Assembly (NCBI GenBank): GCA_965203055.1
Contig: OZ241863.1
Span: 1,632,001-1,696,000, forward strand
Length of the DNA: 64,000 bases
DNA from: Spirochaetia bacterium
GTDB lineage: Bacteria > Spirochaetota > Spirochaetia > SZUA-6 > Bin103
Reading direction: 5' to 3'
The first letter of the stretch is position 1; every line of letters starts with the position of its first letter. The position numbers and the translations under genes are program-made. Positions 46,908 to 55,469 of this stretch are shown here, one piece after another. Below the pieces are notes generated by a model that was not told the origin of the DNA, made no database searches, and saw nothing but the letters and a program-made list of their open reading frames with translations.

Positions 46908-48563
46908 TCATGGCAGATACAAGGCGATACCGTGCGGGCTTGTCAATCCCGTGGTCACCAGGTCCTCGACGCCGGAGCCGTCCAGGTTGGCGCGCCGGAT
47001 CTTTCGGGTGCCGGAGTCGGTCCAATACATCCGGCCGGCCGCAACGTCCAACTCGATGCTCTGCGGGTTCAGCAGTCCGGCCGTGACCAGGTCTTCCACT
47101 CCGGCGCCGTTCAGGTTGGCGCGCTGGATCTTGTCGGTCCGCCGGTCGGTCCAGTACATCTTGCCGGCGCGGAGGTCGAGCGCGATTCCCTGCGGATTCA
47201 CCAGTCCGCTGGTCACCAGGTCTTCCACTTCCGAGCCGTCCAGGTTGGCGCGGCGGATCCGCTTCGCGCCGGGGTCGGTCCAATACATCTTGCCGCCGGC
47301 AACGTCCAGCGCGATCTCCCGCGGCGCCACCAAACCGGTCGTCACCAGGTCTTCGACCCCGGAGCCGTCCAGATTGGCGCGCTGGATCTTGTCCGGCGCC
47401 GAGGAATGGTTCCCCGAGTCGGTCCAATAGATCTTGCCGCCGGCGGGGTCCAGCGCGATACCGCGGGCGCCCTCAAGTCCGCTCGCCACCACCTCGCGCG
47501 GCCCGGAACCATCGAGCCTGGCGCGGCGGATCGCTCCCCCACTCGCCCAATACATCGTGCCGCCGGCAACGTGGAGCGTGATTCCCCGCAACTCGACGCC
47601 GGCGGACACCAGCGACTCCACGCCGGAACCGTCCAGGTCGGCGCGCAGGATGCCCCGCTCCCAGTCGGTCCAGTACATCTTCCCGCCGGCGGCATCCAAC
47701 GCGATCTCATAGGGACGCGCCAAGCCGGCGGTGACCAGATCCTCGATCTCGGAACCATCCAGGTTGGCGCGCTGGATCCGCCGCGCGCCGCGGTCGGTCC
47801 AGTACATCTTGCCGCCCGCCGCGTCCACCGCGATCGAATCGCGATGCGAAGCCGAAGAGTCCGCAGTCACCAGGTCTTCGACTTCGGTGCCGTCCAGGTT
47901 GGCGCGCTGAATCTTGTCCGTCTGCCGGTCGGTCCAGTACATCTTGCCGGCCGCGGCGTCCAGCGCAATCCCGCGCGGATTCAACAGACCGGAGAACACC
48001 AAGTCTTCTACGTGGCTGCCGTCGAGGTTGGCGCGCTGAATCTTCTCCGTTCCCGCATCGGTCCAGTACACCTTGCCGCCGGCCAGGTCCAGCGCGATGC
48101 CATACGGATTCGACAACCCATCGGTCACCAGGTCTTCGACCGCGGAGCCGTCCAGGTTGGCGCGCTGAATCTTGTCCGCGCCATAGTCGGTCCAGTACAT
48201 CTTGCCGCCCGCCGCGTCGATGGCGATCCCGTTGGGGGACGAGCCGGTTACCAGCAGGTCTTCTATCCCGGAACCATCCAGATTGGCGCGCCGGATGCGG
48301 TCCGTCTCGGCGTCCGTCCAGTACATCTTCCCGCCGCCGACCGCCAGCGCGATCCCATACGGTTCCCCGACCATGGCCACGAGGTGTTCGACGCCGGTGC
48401 CGTCCAGCCGGGAGCGCTGGATGCGGTTCGTCCCGGCGTCCGTCCAATAGATCTTGCCCGCCGCGACCGCTCCGGGCGCCGGGGTCGAGATCATCCTCGC
48501 GCAGCCCACCGCAAGCAGGCCAAGACCGGCCGCCAGCAGGACCAGCACGCCACATCGGTACAT
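46908..48563 (-). CDS. Lipoprotein with 12 LDL-receptor class B (YWTD) repeats
   Basis: Lipobox LLAVGC; 11 YWTD + 1 YWAS units of the form P.GIALD.AGGKMYWTD....IQRANLDGS.VEDLV. Confidence 0.93.
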   Translation of the reverse strand: MYRCGVLVLLAAGLGLLAVGCARMISTPAPGAVAAGKIYWTDAGTNRIQRSRLDGTGVEHLVAMVGEPYGIALAVGGGKMYWTDAETDRIRRANLDGSGIEDLLVTGSSPNGIAIDAAGGKMYWTDYGADKIQRANLDGSAVEDLVTDGLSNPYGIALDLAGGKVYWTDAGTEKIQRANLDGSHVEDLVFSGLLNPRGIALDAAAGKMYWTDRQTDKIQRANLDGTEVEDLVTADSSASHRDSIAVDAAGGKMYWTDRGARRIQRANLDGSEIEDLVTAGLARPYEIALDAAGGKMYWTDWERGILRADLDGSGVESLVSAGVELRGITLHVAGGTMYWASGGAIRRARLDGSGPREVVASGLEGARGIALDPAGGKIYWTDSGNHSSAPDKIQRANLDGSGVEDLVTTGLVAPREIALDVAGGKMYWTDPGAKRIRRANLDGSEVEDLVTSGLVNPQGIALDLRAGKMYWTDRRTDKIQRANLNGAGVEDLVTAGLLNPQSIELDVAAGRMYWTDSGTRKIRRANLDGSGVEDLVTTGLTSPHGIALYLP

Positions 48564-48569
48564 GACGCG

Positions 48570-48598
48570 ATACTACCTGGCCCCGCGCCCTTCCGCAA
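48570..48598 (-). promoter_or_regulatory. Sigma70-like promoter for the YWTD gene (leaderless-type)
   Basis: TTGCGG-17 nt-TAGTAT, 6 nt before ATG 48563. Confidence 0.55.
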
Positions 48599-48728
48599 CC
48601 GGACAGCTTTGTCGGCGCCGCGGCGAGCCGCACGGTTGGCTCAAGACAGCCCGCCGGCACCGGCAACGGCCAGTGTGGCCTCCGGTGGACACATTGATAC
48701 ACCGGGCGAACGATGCAATGATGTTGCC

Positions 48729-49697
48729 GTGGCCCGGCGAACGCCTTATACCAGACTCGAAAAGGAAGGTCAGTCCCGGCCACCTCACGTCCAGGGGCAA
48801 GGCGACGTCGTCTACAAGGGGTTTCAGTGCCTGAGCGGCGACTGCAAGGAATTCATCGTCGTTCGCGAAGACGAGATCGGACCGGACTTCGAGATCAGGT
48901 GTCAGACATGCGGATTCATGCACGGAGCCGGACGAGAAACCAGGTTCTTCAAGTACCGACTGGTCCATCGTAGTGACGATCGAGTAATCGAGGAAGGCGA
49001 CTTCGTCGTACTGCACGACGACTATATCCACGAAACGCAACGATTCAAGTACTGTCTGCTGTGCTACGCACTGAAGCCGCTCGAATTCTTCGACGTGCAC
49101 CGCGCACGTCGATCAGGCCGGCAGGGCGAGTGCCGGCTCTGCAAGACGCTCTACAATGGAATCAAGAACCAGTCTCGCGTCACCGACCAGCACCGTGAAG
49201 CGGCTCAACGGCGGCGTCTCTACCAGCGCTTGACGGGACGAACCGGCAACATCGACAGTGCCGCGATCTACAGGAAGTTCGGTGGCGCATGCTTCAATTG
49301 CGGGCGCCGACTGACCGACCGGAAAGAGATCAACCTGGACCATACCCTTCCCGCTCGCCTGCTCTGGCCACTCACTACCGACAATGCGACCTTGCTATGT
49401 TCCTCCTGCAACAATGAGAAGCACGATCGCTGGCCATCGGAGTTCTACGACATTCGACAACTCAAGCGTTTGGCGGCAATGACCGGTTATCCGTATGATC
49501 TGATCGCCAGCCAACCGACCGTGAACGAGGAATCCGTATTGAAGATACTCGAAGATACCGATGCATTCATCGAAGAATTTATCCGATATCCGAGCGAGAT
49601 CAAAGGAGTACGGCGTCTGATCCGTGAGTATGGGAATGTCGATATCTTCGAGCACGCCAGGCATGTTCCCGATTATCTCCGGGAACCGGACGAATAG
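48729..49697 (+). CDS. Zn-finger HNH endonuclease, putative type II restriction enzyme
   Basis: GTG start; CLSGDC, CQTC, CLLC, CRLC, CFNC..LDHTLP..NATLLCSSCNNEKH; lower GC; convergent with a methyltransferase. Confidence 0.82.
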   Translation: MARRTPYTRLEKEGQSRPPHVQGQGDVVYKGFQCLSGDCKEFIVVREDEIGPDFEIRCQTCGFMHGAGRETRFFKYRLVHRSDDRVIEEGDFVVLHDDYIHETQRFKYCLLCYALKPLEFFDVHRARRSGRQGECRLCKTLYNGIKNQSRVTDQHREAAQRRRLYQRLTGRTGNIDSAAIYRKFGGACFNCGRRLTDRKEINLDHTLPARLLWPLTTDNATLLCSSCNNEKHDRWPSEFYDIRQLKRLAAMTGYPYDLIASQPTVNEESVLKILEDTDAFIEEFIRYPSEIKGVRRLIREYGNVDIFEHARHVPDYLREPDE

Positions 49698-49706
49698 GAT
49701 TCCGAG

Positions 49707-52388
49707 TCAGCTCAGGATCAGGTAGGTGTGCTCGACTACGGTTCCCTTGTCGCGGATGCCGTGTGACTCGCAGTGCGCCACGCTTTCCGCAAAGACGTCG
49801 ATGTTACGGAACCACGGGGCAGCTACGGCGGTCAGTTCCGCCGCCATGTCGCACTTCCTGCTCCGGCCCAGATGCAGGACGCATACGCCGCCGGGCTTGA
49901 GCCGTTCCCGAGCCTGCCGGATGACCGGCTGGTATGCATCGAAGTCCCGTTTCTGCCGTTCGTCCAGGAACGCGTGCGGCCGTTCCTTGAAATCCCTCGA
50001 AGTCCAACCGGAAAACCACAATCGCATCCAGTTTGCCAGATAGAACCGGGTGCTGTCGAAGAACGGCGGGGAGGTAATGACCGCATCGAGCTCGTCTACC
50101 TCTTGCGGCCAGATACCCGTCGCGTCCTGGTACGTCGCCGTACCGTTCACGAAATCAGCGGAGCGCTCAGCGATGAAGCACCGTTCGACCTTCCTCGCAA
50201 GTTTGTCGATGAGCCTCTTGTATTCGGCGACGCCGGTTGGCGCGAACGGCGTGATCGGGTGGGAGCGCCGGCTGAGCGCGTACGGCCGATTGCCATGCAA
50301 CACGTGCAGAAGACAAGAGAACACCAGCGCAGAGGCAGCGGATTCCGGCGGTCTCTCCTGGAAGAAGCGGCGTGCAAGGAGGATCTCCGCGAAGGTCTTG
50401 GCGTGGAAATACGCCGGCAGCGGACCGTTGAACTGAATCGATGCGGCGTCATTCGCTTCCGCCGGAGTCGGACGATGGCTGCCGATGAAGCGATCCAGCT
50501 CATCGACCAACATCTGACAGGCTTCTTTCGAGGCCGGCAGAAGCTTCGCTCGCGCTACCGGAATGGTGGCGGGACTCAGGTCGAAGCTCCACGCAGCAAC
50601 GCCGTGGAGCGCGGCTTCGAACGGTATGGTCCCTACCCCGCCGAACGGATCGAGCAGACGATCTCCGGGCCGGGCGAATGTTCGTACCAGATGATGAGCG
50701 AGTGACGGCTTCATCTTACCCTGGTAGGAACAGAGCGAATGCAGTGGATTTCCCCAGTTTCGTTTGGAAAACGGACCACGCTGATGAGGAAGTTCCTGCT
50801 TGAAGCGGACCCAACCGGACCCCCACCAGGGAGAGGTGCGGGACGGGCGCGGCTTCCGAGATGGCGCGGTTGCGGCCAGGACGATCTGCCGGAGCGGCTG
50901 GCCGCTTCGGGAAAGACGCTGGCGCAGCGTCATCTCGTGGTTGACGCGCCAGCCGCGCGCACCCAACAACTCGGCCAGAATCTGCGGCGTATCGACCCGA
51001 ACCCCGGCGTAGGCGGAGTCGCCGATGTCGATGACCAGGGCCGCAGCAGGCGCCGCGTGGCGCAGCAAGGCGGCGAAGACTCGATCCATGTCGGCAAAAT
51101 AGTTGAGAACCATCCGCGGAATGCGCCGATCATACGCCCGATCGTCGAGTGCTCGGACCACCTCCTCGACGCTTTTCGAGACCGGTGAAGACTGTCTTTC
51201 CAAGGTGACGTCGTTGATCCCGGCGGTGACCGTCCGGCGGCGCAGCGAGGACAGATCGCTGCCCGACGACAGTACGCGCAAGAACCACAGCTCGATCTTC
51301 GTGTTGCGGTAGTAGTTGGTCCCGTTCAGATACGGGGGCGAGGTGACGATCGCATCGACCTCCAGATCGGCGACGCGGATGAGACGTTTGGCGTCGCCGG
51401 CAACGAGCAGCGGGGGGTTGGGAATGGTCGGCAGACGTACGACGTCGCGCGCCATGATCCGCAGCCGGGATGCCACTTCCTCCACAAGATCGGCCCTGGC
51501 ATCACACTCGGCGCCCCGGCGAAACCGAAGGTCTCCCCGGCGCATCAGATGGGAACAGGGTACGAGCGAAGCGACCGCGGCCACGGTCGTCATGGATGCG
51601 AGGACCGGGGCCTGGTACGCCGCGGCGTCGATCAAGCTCCGCAGCTTGAGGCAGGACTCCAAGGTATCGCGCGGGAAGAAGACGCTGTCACCGAAGGTGG
51701 CATGGTAGGCGGCGATGAGACGCTGATCGGGTTCATGCTCGGCAAGCAGCGCCCGCAGGTCGTCCGCCAAGCCGGAGAGTCGCGCCGCCAGTCGCATACG
51801 ATCCTGTCCTGGCATTGCCAGCACCATCGCCTTGGCGCCGACCAGAAACTGAAGCAGCGGGTTGAGTTCGCAATAGAAGCTCCGGCAGTTGGCCCGAGCC
51901 ACGGTCAGCGGCGTCGTTCCCGTTCCCGCAAACGGATCGAGCACTCGCGTGGCGGTTGGAGCAAAGGCGTGCAGCACGTTCTTGACGAACTCGGGTGAGT
52001 AACCCTCGAGGTAGGGGTACCAGTCGTGGAGCGGTTCGTTGACGCCCCCGCGATACGTCGCTTGAATCGGGTCGAACCGCGGGCTGCGCGCCGGATCGAT
52101 CTCCGCGGGAAACAGATCGAGCTGGGCAGCTTCCCCGTGCGCTGCAGCAGCTTGCCGCAGGCGGCGCAGGCAGAATGCGTTCAGACTGGCGCTTTCGGCT
52201 GCCGCGCCGTCCTTGAGCGCGTTGAAGCTGCCGTACCCGAGAAGATGACGAACCTCCTCGCTCGACAACCGCCCGACGGCCTGGAACAGGTCGGCGTCAC
52301 CCGACCCGAAGGCCAGTTTCAGATGGCGCCGCTTGGTGCTGCCGGACGGATGATCGGCGAAGTAGACGGACTTGAACCGTTGCTGCAT
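49707..52388 (-). CDS. Tandem-fused double amino-methyltransferase (two alpha-class, m4C-like domains)
   Basis: Domain 1: YPYLEGYS, LDPFAGTGTT, VTSPPYLNG. Domain 2: SYQGKMKP, LDPFGGVGT, ITSPPFFD. Confidence 0.9.
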   Translation of the reverse strand: MQQRFKSVYFADHPSGSTKRRHLKLAFGSGDADLFQAVGRLSSEEVRHLLGYGSFNALKDGAAAESASLNAFCLRRLRQAAAAHGEAAQLDLFPAEIDPARSPRFDPIQATYRGGVNEPLHDWYPYLEGYSPEFVKNVLHAFAPTATRVLDPFAGTGTTPLTVARANCRSFYCELNPLLQFLVGAKAMVLAMPGQDRMRLAARLSGLADDLRALLAEHEPDQRLIAAYHATFGDSVFFPRDTLESCLKLRSLIDAAAYQAPVLASMTTVAAVASLVPCSHLMRRGDLRFRRGAECDARADLVEEVASRLRIMARDVVRLPTIPNPPLLVAGDAKRLIRVADLEVDAIVTSPPYLNGTNYYRNTKIELWFLRVLSSGSDLSSLRRRTVTAGINDVTLERQSSPVSKSVEEVVRALDDRAYDRRIPRMVLNYFADMDRVFAALLRHAAPAAALVIDIGDSAYAGVRVDTPQILAELLGARGWRVNHEMTLRQRLSRSGQPLRQIVLAATAPSRKPRPSRTSPWWGSGWVRFKQELPHQRGPFSKRNWGNPLHSLCSYQGKMKPSLAHHLVRTFARPGDRLLDPFGGVGTIPFEAALHGVAAWSFDLSPATIPVARAKLLPASKEACQMLVDELDRFIGSHRPTPAEANDAASIQFNGPLPAYFHAKTFAEILLARRFFQERPPESAASALVFSCLLHVLHGNRPYALSRRSHPITPFAPTGVAEYKRLIDKLARKVERCFIAERSADFVNGTATYQDATGIWPQEVDELDAVITSPPFFDSTRFYLANWMRLWFSGWTSRDFKERPHAFLDERQKRDFDAYQPVIRQARERLKPGGVCVLHLGRSRKCDMAAELTAVAAPWFRNIDVFAESVAHCESHGIRDKGTVVEHTYLILS

Positions 52389-52405
52389 CAGGGGTAGCCC
52401 GCTGC

Positions 52406-52444
52406 CGTGGTAGTAACTACCATATCATGGTAGTTACTACCACG
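52406..52444. promoter_or_regulatory. Nested palindromic operator upstream of the methyltransferase gene
   Basis: Perfect 18-bp inverted repeat; each arm contains TGGTAGT-W-ACTACCA (52408-52422 and 52428-52442). Confidence 0.75.
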
Positions 52445-52561
52445 CGCGCGCGTGGTTGCCAAGCCCCCGGCAGGTAATGGGATGGGACGCATGCCCCTGT
52501 CAACAGGCGTTTCGGCAGCGGTGCTTCAATCCCGCTCCGCGTCGGAAGGAACGATGCAGGC

Positions 52562-53401
52562 TCAGGCGCCGTTGGGACGGTAGAACGGCACGTCGCCCTT
52601 GATGGATACGCGGTAGCCGTGGCGGGTCTGCGGGTAGTAATCCCAAATCGCCAGGTGCTGAGTGCAGCGGTTGTCCCAGAACGCCACGGAGTGCTCGCGC
52701 CACTGGAATCGGCAGTGGAACTCCGGGCGCTCGCAGTGACGAAACAGGAACGCCAGCAGGGCATCGCTCTCGGCGATCGGCAGCTCCTTGATGCGCGTGG
52801 TGAAGCCCTGATTCACGAACAGCGCCTGCCGCCCGGTGACCGGATGGGTGCGTACTACGGGATGCTCGGCGGCGGGATGGCGGTCGTCGCGCAGATTGGC
52901 CGAGCCGTAGCGCCCCCGGTAGTACTGTTCGCCGTCATGGATCGCGGTCAATCCGGCCAGCAGTCGCTGCAGCCGGTCCGACAGCCCTTCGTAGGCCGCG
53001 TACATGTTGGCGAACAGCGTGTCACCGCCCGACGACGGTACCTGCACGACGCGCAGGATGCTGCCCAGCGGCGGTTCGCGGTCGCACGACACGTCGGAGT
53101 GCCACAGGCTGCCGGCGACGAACTTCACCTTGTCGTCGCCGTGGACTACCAGGATCTCGGGATGCTCGTCGTCTTTCGGGGCGGCCGGATGGACGTGCAG
53201 CTCGCCGAAGCAGCGGCCCAGCGCCTTGTGCTGCGCGAACGAGAGGTGTTGATCGCGGAAGAACAGGACCAGATGCTGAGCCCAGGCATCCTTCAACTCG
53301 GTCAGGACGGCAGCGTCGAGCGCCTGCGCCAGATCCACGCCGGACACTTCGGCACCGATTACGGGAGACAGCGGCGTGACGCGCAAGGTGGAAGTCGGCA
53401 T
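52562..53401 (-). CDS. tauD: TauD/TfdA family Fe(II)/2-oxoglutarate dioxygenase
   Basis: IGAEVSGVDL, WHSDVS, GGDTLFANMYAAY, HPVVRTHP, FWDNRCTQH. Confidence 0.92.
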   Translation of the reverse strand: MPTSTLRVTPLSPVIGAEVSGVDLAQALDAAVLTELKDAWAQHLVLFFRDQHLSFAQHKALGRCFGELHVHPAAPKDDEHPEILVVHGDDKVKFVAGSLWHSDVSCDREPPLGSILRVVQVPSSGGDTLFANMYAAYEGLSDRLQRLLAGLTAIHDGEQYYRGRYGSANLRDDRHPAAEHPVVRTHPVTGRQALFVNQGFTTRIKELPIAESDALLAFLFRHCERPEFHCRFQWREHSVAFWDNRCTQHLAIWDYYPQTRHGYRVSIKGDVPFYRPNGA

Positions 53402-53429
53402 GAGCGGCGAGGACCTGCGGTACCCGGTT

Positions 53430-53501
53430 TAGCCCCTAGGGGAATCGAACCCCTCTTTTGAGAATGAGAGTCTCATGTCCTAGCCGATAGACGAAGGGGC
53501 C
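53430..53501 (-). tRNA. tRNA-Glu(CTC)
   Basis: GGCCCCT TC GTCTATCGGCTAGGAC A TGAGA CT-CTC-AT TCTCA AAAG AGGGG TTCGATT CCCCT AGGGGCT A. Confidence 0.95.
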
Positions 53502-53575
53502 GCGGCTGATGACCCCTGCAATATAGCGCAGCCACCCTGAGCCGTCAAGCCACGCGGTGTTGGGTTGACGGCGGG

Positions 53576-54465
53576 CGCACTTCCGATTTGTTGGTACCGA
53601 TGCCGCGCTTGAAGCTGCCGTTGGCCCGACGAAGTCGCGACGAAGTGCTCGCCCGCCTGCTTGCCCTCAACGCCGACCGCGCCGGCGCCGCAGCCTCGCT
53701 CCGGCGCCGTACCCGGCAGATCGCCCGCTCGACGCCGGCGACATTCTCGGCAGTAGCATCTGACGGGAGGTCCAGCCGGACGGCGCTTATGAATCCCGCG
53801 CAGGTGGTCGATGAGGCGTCCGGCAAGAGCAGCCGGCAGGTGATGCAGTTGCTGGCCAAGGTGGACCCGGAGCTGGCGGGGCCGGCGGATCGGGTGCGGC
53901 CCCTGAGCGGCGGGCGCTGGGATCTCAAGGCGGTGATCGACGATGAGTGCCGGCGCGGCTTGGAGCGGCTCCAGGGCCTCCTGTTCCACGTCGACCCGCG
54001 CCTGACGTTGGGGCAGCTCATGGGGCGGTTGGTGCGGGAAGGGCTCGCCCGTCACGACCCGGCGCGGCGCGCCGCGCCGGTCAAAGGCGCCGACCAAACT
54101 TCGGCGGCGAAGACGCAGGCGGCCTCGGCTCGCGGCGCTGCCCCGGCAGCGAAGCAGGAGGCCGGCGCGGACAGCGCCGCTCCTTCGGCGGCGAAAGTAT
54201 CGGCTCAGGCGCCGGCGCAGCCGGGAGACGAAGCCGCTGACCGCCCGGACACTTCGGCGCCGAAGACGCGGCGCCTCGACCGGCAGGCTGCGGCGTGCGC
54301 GCAGCCTGCTGCGCCGCCGCGGACCCGGACTTCGGCAGCGAAGCCGGGCGTGACCGGCCGCGCCATCCCGGCGGCGGTCAAGCGTGAGGTGTGGCGGCGC
54401 GACCGGGGCCGCCGCCGCTACGTGGACCGCACCAGCGGGCGCCGCTGCGGCTCCTAACACCTGCT
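53576..54465 (+). repeat. Composite dispersed repeat copy C (leader + RM tail fragment + HNH pseudogene)
   Basis: Starts CGCACTTCCGATTTGTTGGTACCGAT; encodes RWPDEV/RDEVLARLLALNADRA; HNH body nearly collinear with copy A but CC->RR and CAA->TAA (54455-54457), truncated before the HNH motif. Confidence 0.85.
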
Positions 54466-55459
54466 ACCAGTACCTGGAGGTGGAAGCAGCCCCGCACTGC
54501 CTAGCGCGCCTGCCGACCCCGTCGCGCCTACCGCGCCTGCCGTACCAGTATCTGGAGGTGGAAGCAGCCCTGCACTGCCTAGTGTGGTAGGCAACATCGT
54601 GTTTGAGATCAACACCGGCGCCGCGCCAACCAGATCATCAAGCATCGCCTCGCTGCCTCCGATTGATGGCACCCGGCAAGAATCAACCATCACTAGCAAG
54701 ATGATACGAAAGACTTTCCCCGGAGACTTCACCTACCACGCTCCGACAATACTGAATCTTACGACTTCCTTACCATGGAGATTGAAAGAGGAAGCGCCCG
54801 CTATCACGCAAGACTTTCTGAACAACGGCGGAACCGTGATCCCGTCGTTCAGCATGAACGGCGGAACCGAATGGCTATCCGGCGCCATTTACGGCCTGCC
54901 TATCGTTCACCGATGGGGATACAACGAATCTGGCGGATACGTGAAGATTGGAATGCACTTCACCTACTCCCTTCTGGGGGGCAGTGTAGGAGGTCGTCAT
55001 AGACAGCATGATTGCACTACCACAGAGACAGATTTTACCTACGAAATACCCCACCATCCGACAATGACAATTACCGAAGGATCCGCAACAGCTACCGCAG
55101 AGGCTACGCTATCGAACGGGATGATTACCGCGGTCGGCAATATCCAACATGGAAGCGGCACCTTTGCCGGAACCAACGTTGTCTACACTTGGGGAACATT
55201 CTGGAACGAACTGCAGCGTGGTAGCGGCGCTACCTTCACCTTCACAGTGTCGGCCGGACGGGTAACAGCCGTTGTCGTAACGAACGGAGGAACAGGCTAC
55301 CGGAAGCCTTGCAACGCTGGCACTGCTTACACCAACCCGCCGTCCTACTACGTTGACAAGACCGATCCGGGTTACTGGGCAACCGCCAGTATGCGCGCCG
55401 CGCTTCGACGCCACGGCACCGAGCCGCTACTTATCCGCTTCGCCATCATCAGCCCGTGA
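54458..55459 (+). CDS. Low-GC hypothetical extracellular-type protein, 5'-truncated (Pro/Gly linker + Thr/Gly-rich domain)
   Basis: Open frame extends 42 codons upstream of GTG 54584 through PVPGGGSSPALPS x2; C-terminal GSGATFTFTVSAGRVTAVVVTNGGTGY; no signal peptide or RBS. Confidence 0.55.
   Translation, partial: HLLPVPGGGSSPALPSAPADPVAPTAPAVPVSGGGSSPALPSVVGNIVFEINTGAAPTRSSSIASLPPIDGTRQESTITSKMIRKTFPGDFTYHAPTILNLTTSLPWRLKEEAPAITQDFLNNGGTVIPSFSMNGGTEWLSGAIYGLPIVHRWGYNESGGYVKIGMHFTYSLLGGSVGGRHRQHDCTTTETDFTYEIPHHPTMTITEGSATATAEATLSNGMITAVGNIQHGSGTFAGTNVVYTWGTFWNELQRGSGATFTFTVSAGRVTAVVVTNGGTGYRKPCNAGTAYTNPPSYYVDKTDPGYWATASMRAALRRHGTEPLLIRFAIISP
54465..54582 (+). repeat. Two 40-bp direct repeats (2 mismatches), period 78 bp
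   Basis: TACCAGTA(C/T)CTGGAGGTGGAAGCAGCCC(C/T)GCACTGCCTAG at 54465-54504 and 54543-54582. Confidence 0.9.
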
Positions 55460-55469
55460 ACCCGCGCGC

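Noticed and set aside
46908..48460. Non-coding repeat array in the ~129-bp periodic region
   Set aside because: Fully explained by the YWTD protein repeats on the minus strand.
46896..48728. 933-aa plus-strand ORF as a giant fusion protein
   Set aside because: The 5' two-thirds is the antisense shadow of the YWTD gene; only 48729-49697 looks like a real protein.
8361..53501. Integrative elements at the tmRNA, tRNA-Lys or tRNA-Glu 3' ends
   Set aside because: No integrase in the window, and I found no duplicated 3'-end (att) copies by eye.
54465..54582. Mini-CRISPR (40-bp repeats, 38-bp spacer)
   Set aside because: Only two repeats, period 78 bp (26 codons), reads in frame as a Pro/Gly linker, and no cas genes in the window.
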